Shown here piece after piece: positions 39,411 through 51,731 of a stretch of 64,000 bases of DNA; the stretch's first letter is position 1; every line of letters begins with the position of its first letter. This stretch comes from an uncultured Chloroflexia bacterium (lineage in GTDB: Bacteria; Chloroflexota; Limnocylindria; Limnocylindrales; CSP1-4). The DNA is taken from NCBI GenBank assembly GCA_963774695.1, contig CAVZFY010000028.1, positions 4,602-68,601 of the forward strand, given 5' to 3'. A program made the position numbers and the translations under genes. The notes under the pieces are model-generated. The model saw nothing but the letters and a program-made list of their open reading frames with translations, searched no databases and was not told the origin of the DNA.

Positions 39411-40005
39411 TCAGCTCGCCTCCCAGGCCTCCCAGCGCGCGAACTGGTCCAGCGGCACCCAGCCCCGCTTGAGGCTGGGTGACCGCACGTCCGGGATCGG
39501 GCGGCCGAGCGGCATGACGCCGATCGGGACGAACTCCTCGGGGATGCCGAGATAGGCGCGCAGCGGGTCGATGTCGGGCCCGACGAACCCGCAGCCGAGC
39601 CCCTCGTTCACGGCCGCCAGCATGATGTTCTGCATCGTCGCGCCGATGTCGACCCACCAGAACGGCACCGGCCACTCGATCTCCGAGCCGTCCTCCATCG
39701 TCTTGTCCGGCTCCTGGTAGCGCCGGTGGTAGATCGCCTCGCTGACGCACGGGATGAACTGCGCGGCGCATTCGCTGATCCACGGCCCGAAGTCCGGCTC
39801 GTACTCCTCCTCGCCGCAGATCCTCGCGACCTCGCGCCGGCGGACCGGGTCGGTCACGACGACCAGCCGCTGGCCCTGGCTGAACCCGGCGGACGGCGTC
39901 CGCTGGGCGAGCCGGGCGATGCGCTCGATCACCTCGCGGTCGACGCCACCCGTCCTCGAACCGGCGGACCGCCCGGCGCTTCATGACGACGTCGGTGAAT
40001 TCCAT
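39411..40005 (-). CDS. Nitroreductase family protein (1 frameshift near 39940)
   Basis: AAGGAGG before ATG 40005. 'MEFTDVVMKRRAVRRFEDG', then ORF 39411..39932 ('RTPSAGFSQGQRLVVV'). Confidence 0.8.
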
Positions 40006-40099
40006 GGGCACCTCCTTGCGCGAGATGGTCGCACGCACGCGAACGATCCCGTGAACGTTTGACACGCTGCCCTACTCATAGGGGGCGACCGCGCCGACT

Positions 40100-40679
40100 G
40101 TGGCGCGGATGTCGACTCGGGAGGGTCGGGTGCGAGACGTCGTCGAGCAGGCGATGCGCGGCGATCGCGAGGCGTTCGGATGGCTGGTCGGCCAGACCAG
40201 CGACCGGATGTTCGCGATCGCGACGCGGATCCTGCGCGACAGCCATCTCGCCGAGGACGCCCTGCAGGGCGCCTTCATCACCGCCTGGCGCGAGCTCCCG
40301 ACGCTCCGTGATCCGGACCGCTTCGAAGCCTGGGTCCGGAAGCTGCTCGTCCATGCCTGCTACGCCGAGGCCAGGCGTCGCCGGTCATGGGCGGCGAACG
40401 TACGGGTCCTGCCGGTCGACGGACCGGCGACGCCCGACGAATCGATCTCTGTCGTCGATCGCGACGCGCTCGACCGGGCGTTCCGACGCCTGACCGTCGA
40501 GCAACGCGCGGTCTTCGTGCTGCACCACCACCTCGGGCTGCCCCTGGTCGAGAGTCGCCGAGACCCTCGGCGTGCCGGCCGGGACGGCCCGCTCGCGATT
40601 GCATTACGCGACCCGTGCGCTGCGCGCCGCCCTCGAGGCGGACGCGGTGCCGGTCGTTCCCGAAGGACGGATGGCATGA
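40100..40679 (+). CDS. ECF sigma factor (1 frameshift near 40555)
   Basis: 'DALQGAFITAWRELPTLRDPDRFEAWVRKLLV', then 'QRAVFVLHHHLGLPLVE' and, in the alternate frame, 'VAETLGVPAGTARSRLHYATRALR'. Confidence 0.8.
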
Positions 40680-42006
40680 CCATGAACCGCGACCCCGATC
40701 GGATCATCCGAGCCTGGCTCGACCTGATGCCGGACGAGGCACCGGATCACGCGATCGCCGACGTCCTCGAGGCCATCGACGCGACCTCGCAGCGACGATC
40801 GACGCGTTGGTGGCCGACCTGGAGGTCGTCACCGATGAACCGAACCTTTCTCGCCGTCGGCATGACGGCCCTCCTCGTCGTCGTCGGCGGAGCAGCGCTG
40901 CTTCGGAATGGGGCCGTGCCACAGACGGCCGCGAGCCCGGCCCCGCTGCCAACCGTCGCCGGCCGTCATCGCCACGCCCCGCTGCGGACACCCCCGGAGC
41001 ATCGGCCGTCGCCGGGGGCGCGCTTCCCGCCGACCTCTGTCGGCCGGTGGATGGGGCCCAACACGTCCTACGTCGACGACGGCGCGGGCACGTCGATCGT
41101 GCTGGCCGCCGACGGGCTCGGGCTCTACCAGTCGAATCGCGGTGCGATCGAGCTCCTGCGTGCGACCGCCGGCATCGTCGGCGGCGATCTCCAGCTGGTC
41201 GCCGATGGGACCGCGGAATCCGCGTGCGCCGTCGGCGACGTCGGGAGCTACGACTGGACGACCGTCGGCATCGGGCCGGATCCTCACGATCACCGCGAAG
41301 CAGGACGCCTGCGCCGACCGCGCGGCGGCGATCGCCGGCACGTGGTGGAGGTCGGCGTGCGTCGATCCGCAGACCGACTGCCTCGGCGACCTCGACGCCG
41401 GGACGTACGAATCGCAGTACATCCAGCCGACTGCTCCACGCGTCGGATCCATGGACCCCGAGGTTCGGCGGCGTGACGTACACGGTGCCGGACGGCTGGG
41501 CGAACCACGCGGACTGGCCGTCGTCCTTCGGGCTGACGTCGTCCGCCGCGTACGCGGCGACGACGCCGACGAACGTGGATCCGACCGTGGCCGTCGACGT
41601 CCTGACGGATCCGGTTGCGGAGTCGCAGGTGGTCCCGTGCTCGGGCCTTCAGGCGCCGGACATCGCCGCAGACGGTGCCGGCCGAGATCGCGTCGCTTCG
41701 CCGGATTCCCGGCCTCGTGGTCAGCCACCCGACGGACCTCATCGTCGACGGCCACCCTGCCACCTCGGTCGACCTGACCGTCGATCGGGCGAAGCTCGTC
41801 AAATGCGGAACCGACGCGGTCGTCGAGTACCTCGTCGCGGGCGGCGGGGGTGAAGGGATCGTTCCCGGCGAACGTCACCGGCTCGTGCTGGTTGACCTCG
41901 GTGGCGGCCATCTCGTCGCGGTCGTCGTCCGGGCGGACGACGCCACCAGTTCGACGCGTTCGCCGCATCGGCGATGCCGATCGTCGAGTCGCTCCGCTTC
42001 CAGTAG
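40676..42006 (+). CDS. Anti-sigma-like single-pass membrane protein with an unknown extracytoplasmic domain (4 or more frameshifts)
   Basis: ATG 40676 overlaps the sigma stop. 'DRIIRAWLDLMPDEAP...SQRRSTRWW', TM 'FLAVGMTALLVVVGGAALL'. Later pieces include 'VTYTVPDGWANHADWPSSFGLT' and the end 'FDAFAASAMPIVESLRFQ*'. Confidence 0.55.
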
Positions 42007-42015
42007 AACGCCCCC

Positions 42016-42058
42016 GCGGGCGGCACCCAGCCTCGGCTCGTGGGTGCCGCCCGCTTTC
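42016..42058 (+). terminator. Rho-independent terminator
   Basis: 14-bp perfect stem gcgggcggcaccca/tgggtgccgcccgc with an 11-nt loop, followed by TTTCT, 10 nt after the TAG at 42004. Confidence 0.7.
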
Positions 42059-42418
42059 TGATTCCCGTCGCGCTCCGTTCATGAGGAGGCGACGATCAAA
42101 ATCCAACGCTGGGCGCACGCACGCCGCCTAGGCAAGGACGTCGCGGGGCGTCGCCGGGCTGATCGTGGCTGGGCCCGGCGGCCACCCGACTGAACGGCGA
42201 ACGAGCACCGCAGCGGTTCGCCCGCCGGATCGCTCGCTGCGCGAGCCGTCAGCCGGTTCTGGCGCCTCGGTCCGCCGATTAGAACGACTCGCGTTCAGCC
42301 TGGCGGACGCGCCGCTGGGTTGAACGCCAGGGGTTCAGCGCCAGCCAGGGCGGTGCCGATTTGATTCGACTCCCGGGGTCCAAACCGATAGCATTGGAAA
42401 AACCCCCGGAGGACCTGA

Positions 42419-44101
<1,683 letters not shown>

Positions 44102-44130
<29 letters not shown>

Positions 44131-44800
44131 GCTCGCCCTCCGGCCGTCCCTGCTCGGCCGCGCCGTCGGCGGATTCGGCACCTCGATCGTCGCCGGCGTC
44201 CTGCTCGGCGGCAGCGCCTGGTTCTCCGACCAGCTCTCCTGGCCGTACAGCCTCCTCGTCCCGACCAACGCGATCGGCGTCTGGGTGGGCGTCGCGTTCG
44301 CGCTCGGCGCGTCCGCGCGCACGCTCCCGACGGGCGCGCTGCGCGGCCTGATCGGACTGCTCGCCGCGGTCGCCGCCTACTACCTGCTGTTCGCCACGCT
44401 CGGCGCCGGCTACCGCGCGATCGGCGCCGGTCACGCCGCGACGGTCTGGGGCCTCGTCGCCCTGGTCGCCGGGCCCGTGATGGGCGGCGCCGGGGCGACG
44501 TGGCGCCACGGCCACGGGTGGCCACGCGCGGTCGCGGTCGCGGTGCTCTCGGCCGCGCTGCTGGCGGAGGGGATCACGTTCGGGCTCGGCCGGCTCGTCC
44601 GCGTCGACCAGCTGTCGACCGATCCCGGCGCGCTGCTGTTCGGGATCGAGATCCTGATCGGCCTCGCGCTGCCGGCGCTGATCCTCTCGTCGGGCGAGCG
44701 CCTGCGCGGCTACCTCGCGACGCTCGCGCTCGGGGTGGCTGGCGCGATCGCGATCGGTCCCGTCACGACCGCGCTCCGGGGCATCGCCGACCGGTTCTGA
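44102..44800 (+). CDS. Hypothetical integral membrane protein
   Basis: Intact 232-aa ORF with about 6 hydrophobic helices. Overlaps the pyrG 3' end by 29 nt. Confidence 0.5.
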
Positions 44801-44885
44801 GTCACCCGGCGGCCAGCGTAGAATTGGACGGCCCAGCCCTGCTGTCGCTGGCCAGCCCTCTGCCGCCCGATCGGAGCCCTCCGCC

Positions 44886-45548
44886 ATGAAGCTGTTCCTC
44901 GACACCGCCGACATCGAAGAGATCCGCACCGGCGTGCGGTGGGGCGTCATCGACGGCGTGACGACGAACCCGTCGCTGTACGCGCGGATCAAGGGCCAGA
45001 CGTACGACGAGGTCCTGCAGGAGATCTGCGCGCTGACCCCGGGCCCCGTCTCGGCCGAGGTCGTGGCCGACGACGTCGACGGGATGCTCACCGAGGGCCG
45101 GCACTTCGCCAAGCTCGCGGACAACATCGTGGTCAAGGTCGCGATGTCCGAGAACGGGCTCGAGGCGATCAGCCGGTTCGAGGCGGAGGGCATCAAGACC
45201 AACTGCACGCTGATCTTCTCGGCGAACCAGGGGCTGCTCGCCGCCAAGGCCGGCGCCTCGCTGCTCTCGCCGTTCGTGGGCCGCGTCGACGACACGAACG
45301 AGGAGGGGATGATCGTCATCCGCGAGCTCTCGGAGATCGTCAACTTCTACGACCTCGACGCGGAGGTCCTCGCGGCCTCGATCCGCGGCCCGCGCCACAT
45401 CACGGACTCGGCGCTCGCGGGCGCGCACATCGCGACGCTCCCGTTCAAGGTCCTCCAGCAGATGGTCCACCACCCGCTGACCGACCTCGGGATCGTGCGC
45501 TTCAAGGCCGACTGGGAGGCCGCCCGGGCCGCGATGGCCAAGGCCTGA
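44886..45548 (+). CDS. tal: Transaldolase (short type 3B / fructose-6-phosphate aldolase family)
   Basis: 'MKLFLDTADIEEI', 'GVTTNPS', 'VKVAMSENGLEA', 'NCTLIFS'. Intact 220 aa. Confidence 0.9.
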   Translation: MKLFLDTADIEEIRTGVRWGVIDGVTTNPSLYARIKGQTYDEVLQEICALTPGPVSAEVVADDVDGMLTEGRHFAKLADNIVVKVAMSENGLEAISRFEAEGIKTNCTLIFSANQGLLAAKAGASLLSPFVGRVDDTNEEGMIVIRELSEIVNFYDLDAEVLAASIRGPRHITDSALAGAHIATLPFKVLQQMVHHPLTDLGIVRFKADWEAARAAMAKA

Positions 45549-45618
45549 CCGCCCGGCCTCGCGGGGCTCCTCGGCCGGTCCGGGACCGGCGCAAGTCCGG
45601 ACGTTAATCGTCGGATCG

Positions 45619-45648
45619 TTGACGGCGCGCCGTGGCGCGCGATATGCT
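45619..45648 (+). promoter_or_regulatory. Candidate sigma-70-type promoter upstream of rho
   Basis: TTGACG (45619-45624) - 18 nt - TATGCT (45643-45648) in an otherwise GC-rich spacer. Confidence 0.4.
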
Positions 45649-45779
45649 CCATGTGTCCCCAACGGCCGCGCGACGGCACCCAGATTCCGCGCGAGTCACG
45701 GCCTTTGGCGCGACGCATCGTTCCCCGCCGGTCCTACGGCCGGTGCCGGAATCCACCCTCCCGGAGTGTGCCCAACACC

Positions 45780-47159
45780 ATGCCGAATGGTTCCGACCAG
45801 CGTCCGACCCGTAATCGTCGGCCGCGCCGTCGATCCCAGACCAGCCGCCTGCCCATGACCGAGCAGGACGAGGTCGCCGAGCTCGAGGCCGCGCGCGAGC
45901 GCAACGACCTCGACGTCCGCGACCTGCGCGAGATGTCCGTCCAGGAGCTGCGCGAGGTCGGCGCCAAGCTCGACATCGACGGCGAGCCCGTCCGACGCGA
46001 CGACCTCGTCGACCAGATCCTCCAGGCGCCAGACCGAGCGCGCCGGCCTCGACTACGCCTTCGGCATCCTCGACGTCGTCGACGAGGGCTACGGCTTCAT
46101 GCGCCGCCACGGCCTGCTGCCGAGCGCGGATGACGTCTACGTCTCGCTCCAGCCAGGTCCGCCGCTTCGGCCTCCGGGTCGGCGACCGGGTGACCGGCGC
46201 CGTGCGCGCGCCGCACGAGGGCGAGAAGTACTGGGGCCTGATCCGCGTCGACAGCGTCAACGGCGTCGACACGGACACCGCGCGCCGCCGGCCGTACTTC
46301 GACGACCTGACGCCGATCCACCCGATCGAGCTGATCAACCTCGAGTCGGATCCCAAGAACCTCAGCCAGCGGCTGGTCAACCTCGTCAACCCGCTCGGCA
46401 AGGGCCAGCGCGCGCTGATCGTCAGCCCGCCCAAGGCCGGCAAGACGATGCTGCTCAAGAGCATCGCCAACGGGATCTCCGTCGAACTACCCGGAGATCC
46501 TGCTGATGGTCGCGCTCATCGGGGAGCGGCCGGAGGAGGTCACGGACATGCGCCGCTCGGTGGACGGCGAGGTCATCAGCTCGACCTTCGACGAGCCGAC
46601 CGAGAACCACACCCACGTCGCCGAGATGGCGCTCGAGATCGCGAAGCGCCAGGTCGAGACCGGCCGCGACGTCGTGATCCTGCTCGACTCCATCACGCGC
46701 CTCGCGCGCGCCTACAACCTCGCCCTGCCGCCGAGCGGCCGGACGCTGTCGGGCGGCATCGACCCGATCGCCCTCTACCCGCCCAAGCGGTTCTTCGGCG
46801 CCGCGCGGAAGATCGAGGAGGGCGGCTCGCTCACGATCATCGCGACCTGCCTCGTCGACACCGGCTCGCGCATGGACGACGTCATCTACGAGGAGTTCAA
46901 GGGCACCGGCAACTCGGAGCTCATCCTCGACCGCAAGCTCGCCGAGAAGCGCATCTTCCCGGCGATCGACGTCCAGCGCTCGGGCACCCGGCGCGAGGAG
47001 CTGCTGCTCGAAGAGGGCACGCTCAAGATGGTCTGGACGATGCGCCGGATGCTCTCGGCCGTCGGGACCAACGAGGGCATCGAGCTGCTGCTCAACCGGA
47101 TCGCGAAGACCGACACGAACGCGCAGTTCCTCGGGTCGCTCACCAAGACCCTGGACTGA
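45780..47159 (+). CDS. rho: Transcription termination factor Rho (3 frameshifts: ~46030, ~46150, ~46483; alternative start ATG 45855)
   Basis: '[11 protein letters not shown]', '[12 protein letters not shown]', Walker A 'PPKAGKT', '[11 protein letters not shown]', '[12 protein letters not shown]'. Confidence 0.9.
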
Positions 47160-47407
47160 CGCAAGACCGCCGGACTGGGCCGCCGGTCCGACCCGGCATG
47201 CGCAACGGCCCGGCGCAGATTCGCCCAGATTCCGGCTCCGGCGCAGCAAGCGCCCACGTCCGCGCGTCTCACGCGGTTTGCGTCACGCGTAACGGTTCTG
47301 GTACGGTTCCGCAGGACTTTACGGGTTGACCCGGGCTTCCGGGATCGGCCGCGGGGGACATTCGAAGCCCACATCGCGACCCCGGAAGAGATCGGCCCGA
47401 CGCCCCA

Positions 47408-48818
47408 TTGGCGTCCCGTCCACGGACCGATCGCCCGCGCCAGGAGACCGTATTGCAGAAGCCACCGGCCGGCGCGCAGCGCCATGCCGACCGCCTGCGC
47501 TCCGACCGAGCCCGTGCGACGACGACTTCCCGGATCAACCGGTGGAGCATCGGCGCCGCTCGAGCGACGCAGTCTGCACTCCACGGACGGGCCGCTGAAT
47601 CCACCGCGTCGCTCGGGGCGAGGCTTGCCGTCTCCCTTCGATCGCTGACGTCGCCCGACCGCCTCCTCCCGATCTCCGTCGCGACCATCGTCGCCGCAGC
47701 GTCGCTGCTCGCCGTCCTGCCGTCCACGCCGCAGGGCGCCACCGGCGCGACCGAGGGCAGCGGCACGGACACGCGCCTCGCGGTCAACGGTGGCGTCGAC
47801 CTGGTCGATCCCGATGAGACCGTCGGAGCCGACGTCGTCGCCGGGCCGATCGACGGCTACCTCGACCGGGACATCATGTCGTTCCGGCCGGTCACCCTCC
47901 CGAACTCGGTCGACACCAACCCGCAGGCCGAGCAGTCCACCGTCGATCCCGGGCTCGTGCAGGACGACGGGACGCTGCTGACCGGCTACGCCCCGGTCAC
48001 CCAGGTCGAGGACGGCGCCCACCTCATCGAGCGCTACAAGGTCAAGTCCGGCGACACGCTGGTCGAGATCGCGCACCACTTCGACGTCTCGATGATGACC
48101 CTGTGGTGGGCGAACAAGCTCAAGTCGAAGGACGACCTCCACATCGGCCAGACGCTGCGGATCCCGCCGGTCAGCGGGCTGGTGTACACGGTCATCGACG
48201 GCGACACCCTCGACAACCTCGCGTCCCGCTTCAAGGTGGACGCGGCCGACATCACCGACCTCAACGGCCTCGCCGACCCGGTCCTCGTCGTCGGCCAGGT
48301 GCTCGTGCTGCCCGGCGCCAAGGGCGCCCCGATCCCGACGCCTCGACCGACGCCCAAGCCGGTGAACCGGCCGTCGACGGGAGGCTCGAACCCGGGCCGG
48401 CAGACGTCGCATCCGAGCGGATCCGTCCACTACACCGGCGGCCAGATGCACTGGCCCGTCATCGGCGGCGGCAACTACATCAGCCAGTACTTCCACTACG
48501 GCCACGAGGCCGATCGACATCGCGGCGGACTACGGGTCGCACGTCGTCGCGGCGGCCGGCGGCCACGTGATCTTCGCGGGCTGGAAGTCGAACGGCGGCG
48601 GCTGGCAGGTCTGGATCTCGCACGGCGGCGGGATCTACACCACGTACAACCACATGTCGGCGCTGACCGTCGGCAACGGCCAGACCGTCGGGCGCGGCCA
48701 GCAGGTCGGCCGGATCGGGCAGAGCGGCGACGCGACCGGCCCCCACCTCCACTTCGAGGTCTGGATCGGGCCGGTCTGGAACGGCGGGACGCGCGTCAAC
48801 CCGCTGCGGTACCTCTAG
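47408..48818 (+). CDS. LysM-domain M23 family metallopeptidase (1 frameshift near 48510; start uncertain)
   Basis: Two LysM domains ('YKVKSGDTLVEIAHHF', 'YTVIDGDTLDNLASRF'). M23 motifs 'IDIAADYG' and 'GPHLHFEV'. Confidence 0.8.
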
Positions 48819-48900
48819 GCCGCACGCGGCCTCCCACGCCGCGTCGCCGGCCCCTCGGGGCTGATCGGGGCCGCCGGGACCCCGTGCGACAATGCCGCCA

Positions 48901-50193
48901 ATGTTCCTCGACGACGTCAAGATCACCGTGCGTGCCGGCGCGGGCGGCGACGGGGCGTCGACGATGCGGCGCGAGGCGCACGTCCCGCGCGGCGGACCGG
49001 ACGGCGGCGACGGCGGCCGAGGTGGGTCGATCTACCTGCGGGTGGACGTCGGCGAGACCACGCTCCGCGACTTCCGCTACAAGCACCAGTTCAGCGCCAC
49101 GTCCGGTGGGCGCGGCGAGCGCTCGCGCCGCCACGGCAAGGCCGGCGACGACCTGTACCTCGCGGTGCCGCCGGGGACGGGCGTGCTGGACGTCGAGACC
49201 GGGGCGCTGATCGCCGACCTCGTGGCGGTCGGGCAGGTGGTCATGGTCGCCAAGGGCGGCCGGGGCGGCCTCGGCAACACGCACTTCGCGACCGCCGTCC
49301 ACCAGGCGCCCAAGCACGCCCAGCGCGGGCTGCCGGGGGAGGAGCGCGCGATCCGGCTCGAGCTCCGGCTGATCGCCGACGTCGGGCCTGGTCGGGTTGC
49401 CCAACGCCGGCAAGTCGACGCTGCTCGCGGCGCTGACCGCGGCCACGCCGAAGATCGCCGACTACCCGTTCACCACGCTCGAGCCCAACCTCGGGGTGAT
49501 GGACCTGGGCATGGAGGACGGGCGCCGGCCGACGATCGCCGACGTCCCGGGCCTGATCGAGGGGGCGTCGTCCGGCGCGGGCCTGGGCCACGCGTTCCTG
49601 CGCCACGTGGAGCGGACGCGGATCCTGATCCACGTCGTCGACGGGGCCTCGCGCGACCCGAAGTGGGACCACGACGTCATCCGCGACGAGCTCGAGCGCC
49701 CACGACCCCGCGCTGCTCGAGAAGCCGATCCTGGTCGCGTTCAACAAGATGGACCTGCCGGCGGCCCGCGAGGCCTGGCCGGCGTTCCGGTCGTCCCTGC
49801 AGGCGACGGGGATCGACGCGGTCGCCATCTCGGCCGACGGCGGGCGACGGGCTGGACGGGCTGCGGGCCGCGGTGTCCGCGCTGCTGCCGGACGCGGAGG
49901 GGCTCGCGGCGCCGCCGGAGCCGGGAGGCGTCGTCGTCCACCGGCTGGAGGCGGCGAGCGACGGGTTCGCGGTCGCGCACGAGGACGAGGCGTATCGCGT
50001 CTCGGGCAGTCGCATCGAGCGCCTCGTCGCCCAGACCAACTTCGACAACGAGGAGTCGGCCGAGCGCTTCCAGCGGGAGCTCGTGCGGACGGGCATCGAC
50101 GGCGCGCTGCGCAAGGCCGGGATCCGGCCCGGCGACCCGGTCCGCATCGGCGGCACGGAGCTCGAGTGGGACCCGCCCGAGGACGACCGTTGA
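48901..50193 (+). CDS. obg: GTPase Obg/CgtA (3 frameshifts: ~49385, ~49697, ~49845)
   Basis: '[18 protein letters not shown]', G1 'GLPNAGKST', 'DVPGLIEGA', 'NKMD' and a C-terminal OCT-like domain. Confidence 0.9.
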   Translation: MFLDDVKITVRAGAGGDGASTMRREAHVPRGGPDGGDGGRGGSIYLRVDVGETTLRDFRYKHQFSATSGGRGERSRRHGKAGDDLYLAVPPGTGVLDVETGALIADLVAVGQVVMVAKGGRGGLGNTHFATAVHQAPKHAQRGLPGEERAIRLELRLIADVGPGRVAQRRQVDAARGADRGHAEDRRLPVHHARAQPRGDGPGHGGRAPADDRRRPGPDRGGVVRRGPGPRVPAPRGADADPDPRRRRGLARPEVGPRRHPRRARAPTTPRCSRSRSWSRSTRWTCRRPARPGRRSGRPCRRRGSTRSPSRPTAGDGLDGLRAAVSALLPDAEGLAAPPEPGGVVVHRLEAASDGFAVAHEDEAYRVSGSRIERLVAQTNFDNEESAERFQRELVRTGIDGALRKAGIRPGDPVRIGGTELEWDPPEDDR

Positions 50194-50846
50194 CGGAGCC
50201 CGCGGACGCCGTCGCGCCGCCGGCGGCGGTCGTGCCGGGATCGCTCGGCGTCTTCGGCGGCACGTTCGACCCCATCCACAACGGCCACCTTGCGATCGCC
50301 GAAGAGGCCCGCGAGACGCTGGGCCTCCAGAGCGTCGTCTTCGTGCCGGCGGCGGCCGCCGCCCCACAAGTCCGGCCTCGCGGTCACGCCGGCGGAACAT
50401 CGGGTGGCCATGGTCGAGGCCGCCATCGCGGGCAACCCGCGGTTCGGCTCCGACGCGCGCCGAGCTCGAGCGACCCGGGCTCTCCTACACCGTCGACACG
50501 CTCGAGGCGCTATCACGGCCGCGGGGCCGCCGGCCTCCTGTGGTTCATCCTCTCGGCCGATGCCCTGGCGGGCTTCCCGACCTGGAAGGATCCGGACCGG
50601 ATCCTCGAGCTCGCCCGCCTCGCCGTCATGCCTCGGGCCGGCGAGCCGGCGATCGACGAGCGCTGGGTCACGGCGCACTTCCCGGGCCGTGAGGACCGCT
50701 TCCAGTTGCTCCCGGGGCCTCGCTTGCCCATCTCGGGTAGCGTGATACGCCGACGGGTGGCCGCCGGCCGCTCGATCCGCTACCTCGTCCCCGACGCCGT
50801 GGCGCGCTACATCGCCCAGCACCGGCTCTACCTCGAACCCGCATGA
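50190..50846 (+). CDS. nadD: Nicotinate-nucleotide adenylyltransferase (3 or more indels; all three frames are used between ~50355 and ~50525)
   Basis: '[11 protein letters not shown]', 'PPHK', '[14 protein letters not shown]', 'ISGSVIRRR'. Confidence 0.85.
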   Translation: MTEPADAVAPPAAVVPGSLGVFGGTFDPIHNGHLAIAEEARETLGLQSVVFVPAAAAAPQVRPRGHAGGTSGGHGRGRHRGQPAVRLRRAPSSSDPGSPTPSTRSRRYHGRGAAGLLWFILSADALAGFPTWKDPDRILELARLAVMPRAGEPAIDERWVTAHFPGREDRFQLLPGPRLPISGSVIRRRVAAGRSIRYLVPDAVARYIAQHRLYLEPA

Positions 50847-51277
50847 AGGACGACGACCCCGTGACCGAACCCGCCGCCTCGACCCCGCGCATCGGCCTGC
50901 CGGCCCGCGAGGCCCCCGTGCCGAAGTCCGACCGTGCGTCGCTCGATATCGCGCGCCGCATCGTCGAGCTCGCGGAGGACAAGAAGGCGGCCGACATCGT
51001 GCTGCTCGAGCTCGGCGAGCTGACGACGGTCGCCGACGCGTTCGTCATCTGCTCGGGCGGGTCGGAGCGGCAGATCAGCGCGATCGCGGACGGGATCGTC
51101 GAGGGGCTGCGCGACGAGGGCATCAAGCCGATCGGCCGCGAGGGGACGCCGGAATCGCACTGGGTGCTGCTCGACTACGGGTCGGTGATCGTCCACGTGT
51201 TCACGCCGCCGGAGCGCGAGTACTACGACCTCGAGCGCCATTGGTCAGGCGCGAAGACGGTGCTGCGGGTCCAGTAG
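50843..51277 (+). CDS. rsfS: Ribosome silencing factor RsfS
   Basis: 'KKAADIVLLEL', 'ADAFVICSGGSERQ', 'WVLLDYGSVIVHVF'. Intact. Confidence 0.9.
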   Translation: MKDDDPVTEPAASTPRIGLPAREAPVPKSDRASLDIARRIVELAEDKKAADIVLLELGELTTVADAFVICSGGSERQISAIADGIVEGLRDEGIKPIGREGTPESHWVLLDYGSVIVHVFTPPEREYYDLERHWSGAKTVLRVQ

Positions 51278-51347
51278 GGGCCAGTTCGTGTCCGGCGGGC
51301 GCCGCGGGCGCCGCCGGATGCCGGATCGTCGGGTCACCCCCGGGTCG

Positions 51348-51374
51348 AGGGGTACCGGCGCGCTCGGTACCCCT
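51348..51374 (+). terminator. Strong hairpin downstream of rsfS (no U-tract)
   Basis: 10-bp perfect stem aggggtaccg/cggtacccct with a 7-nt loop. Confidence 0.3.
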
Positions 51375-51464
51375 GGGTCATGTCTCCTGCGCACCACCGT
51401 TCCCTAGCATCCCGGGCAGGTCGACGACCGTTGGGGTCGCCGCCACCGTCACCGGAGAGCCCCC

Positions 51465-51719
51465 ATGTCGGGCCTGCGAGATCGCTGCCCTGGCTGCAGC
51501 CGCCGCCTCATCATCACCCGCTTCGACACGACGTTCCGGCTGCCGGACCGCACCGAGCGCCTGTGCTTCGGCATCCCGGGCGGGCTGTGCGAGGACTGCC
51601 ATCAGCTCTACATCGATCCCGAGCTGATCGAGCTGCTCGACCTCGCCGACGGCCGGTGCGTCTTCGCGATCCAGAGCGACGTCGTCCTGCAGGAAGAGGC
51701 CTGGTCCTCCGCGGACTGA
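51465..51719 (+). CDS. Small Cys4 zinc-ribbon-like protein (84 aa), hypothetical
   Basis: 'CPGC' ... 'CEDC' pairs. GGAGAG lies 6 nt upstream of the ATG and 'TAGCAT' further upstream. Intact. Confidence 0.5.
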   Translation: MSGLRDRCPGCSRRLIITRFDTTFRLPDRTERLCFGIPGGLCEDCHQLYIDPELIELLDLADGRCVFAIQSDVVLQEEAWSSAD

Positions 51720-51731
51720 CCGGCGCCCCGC

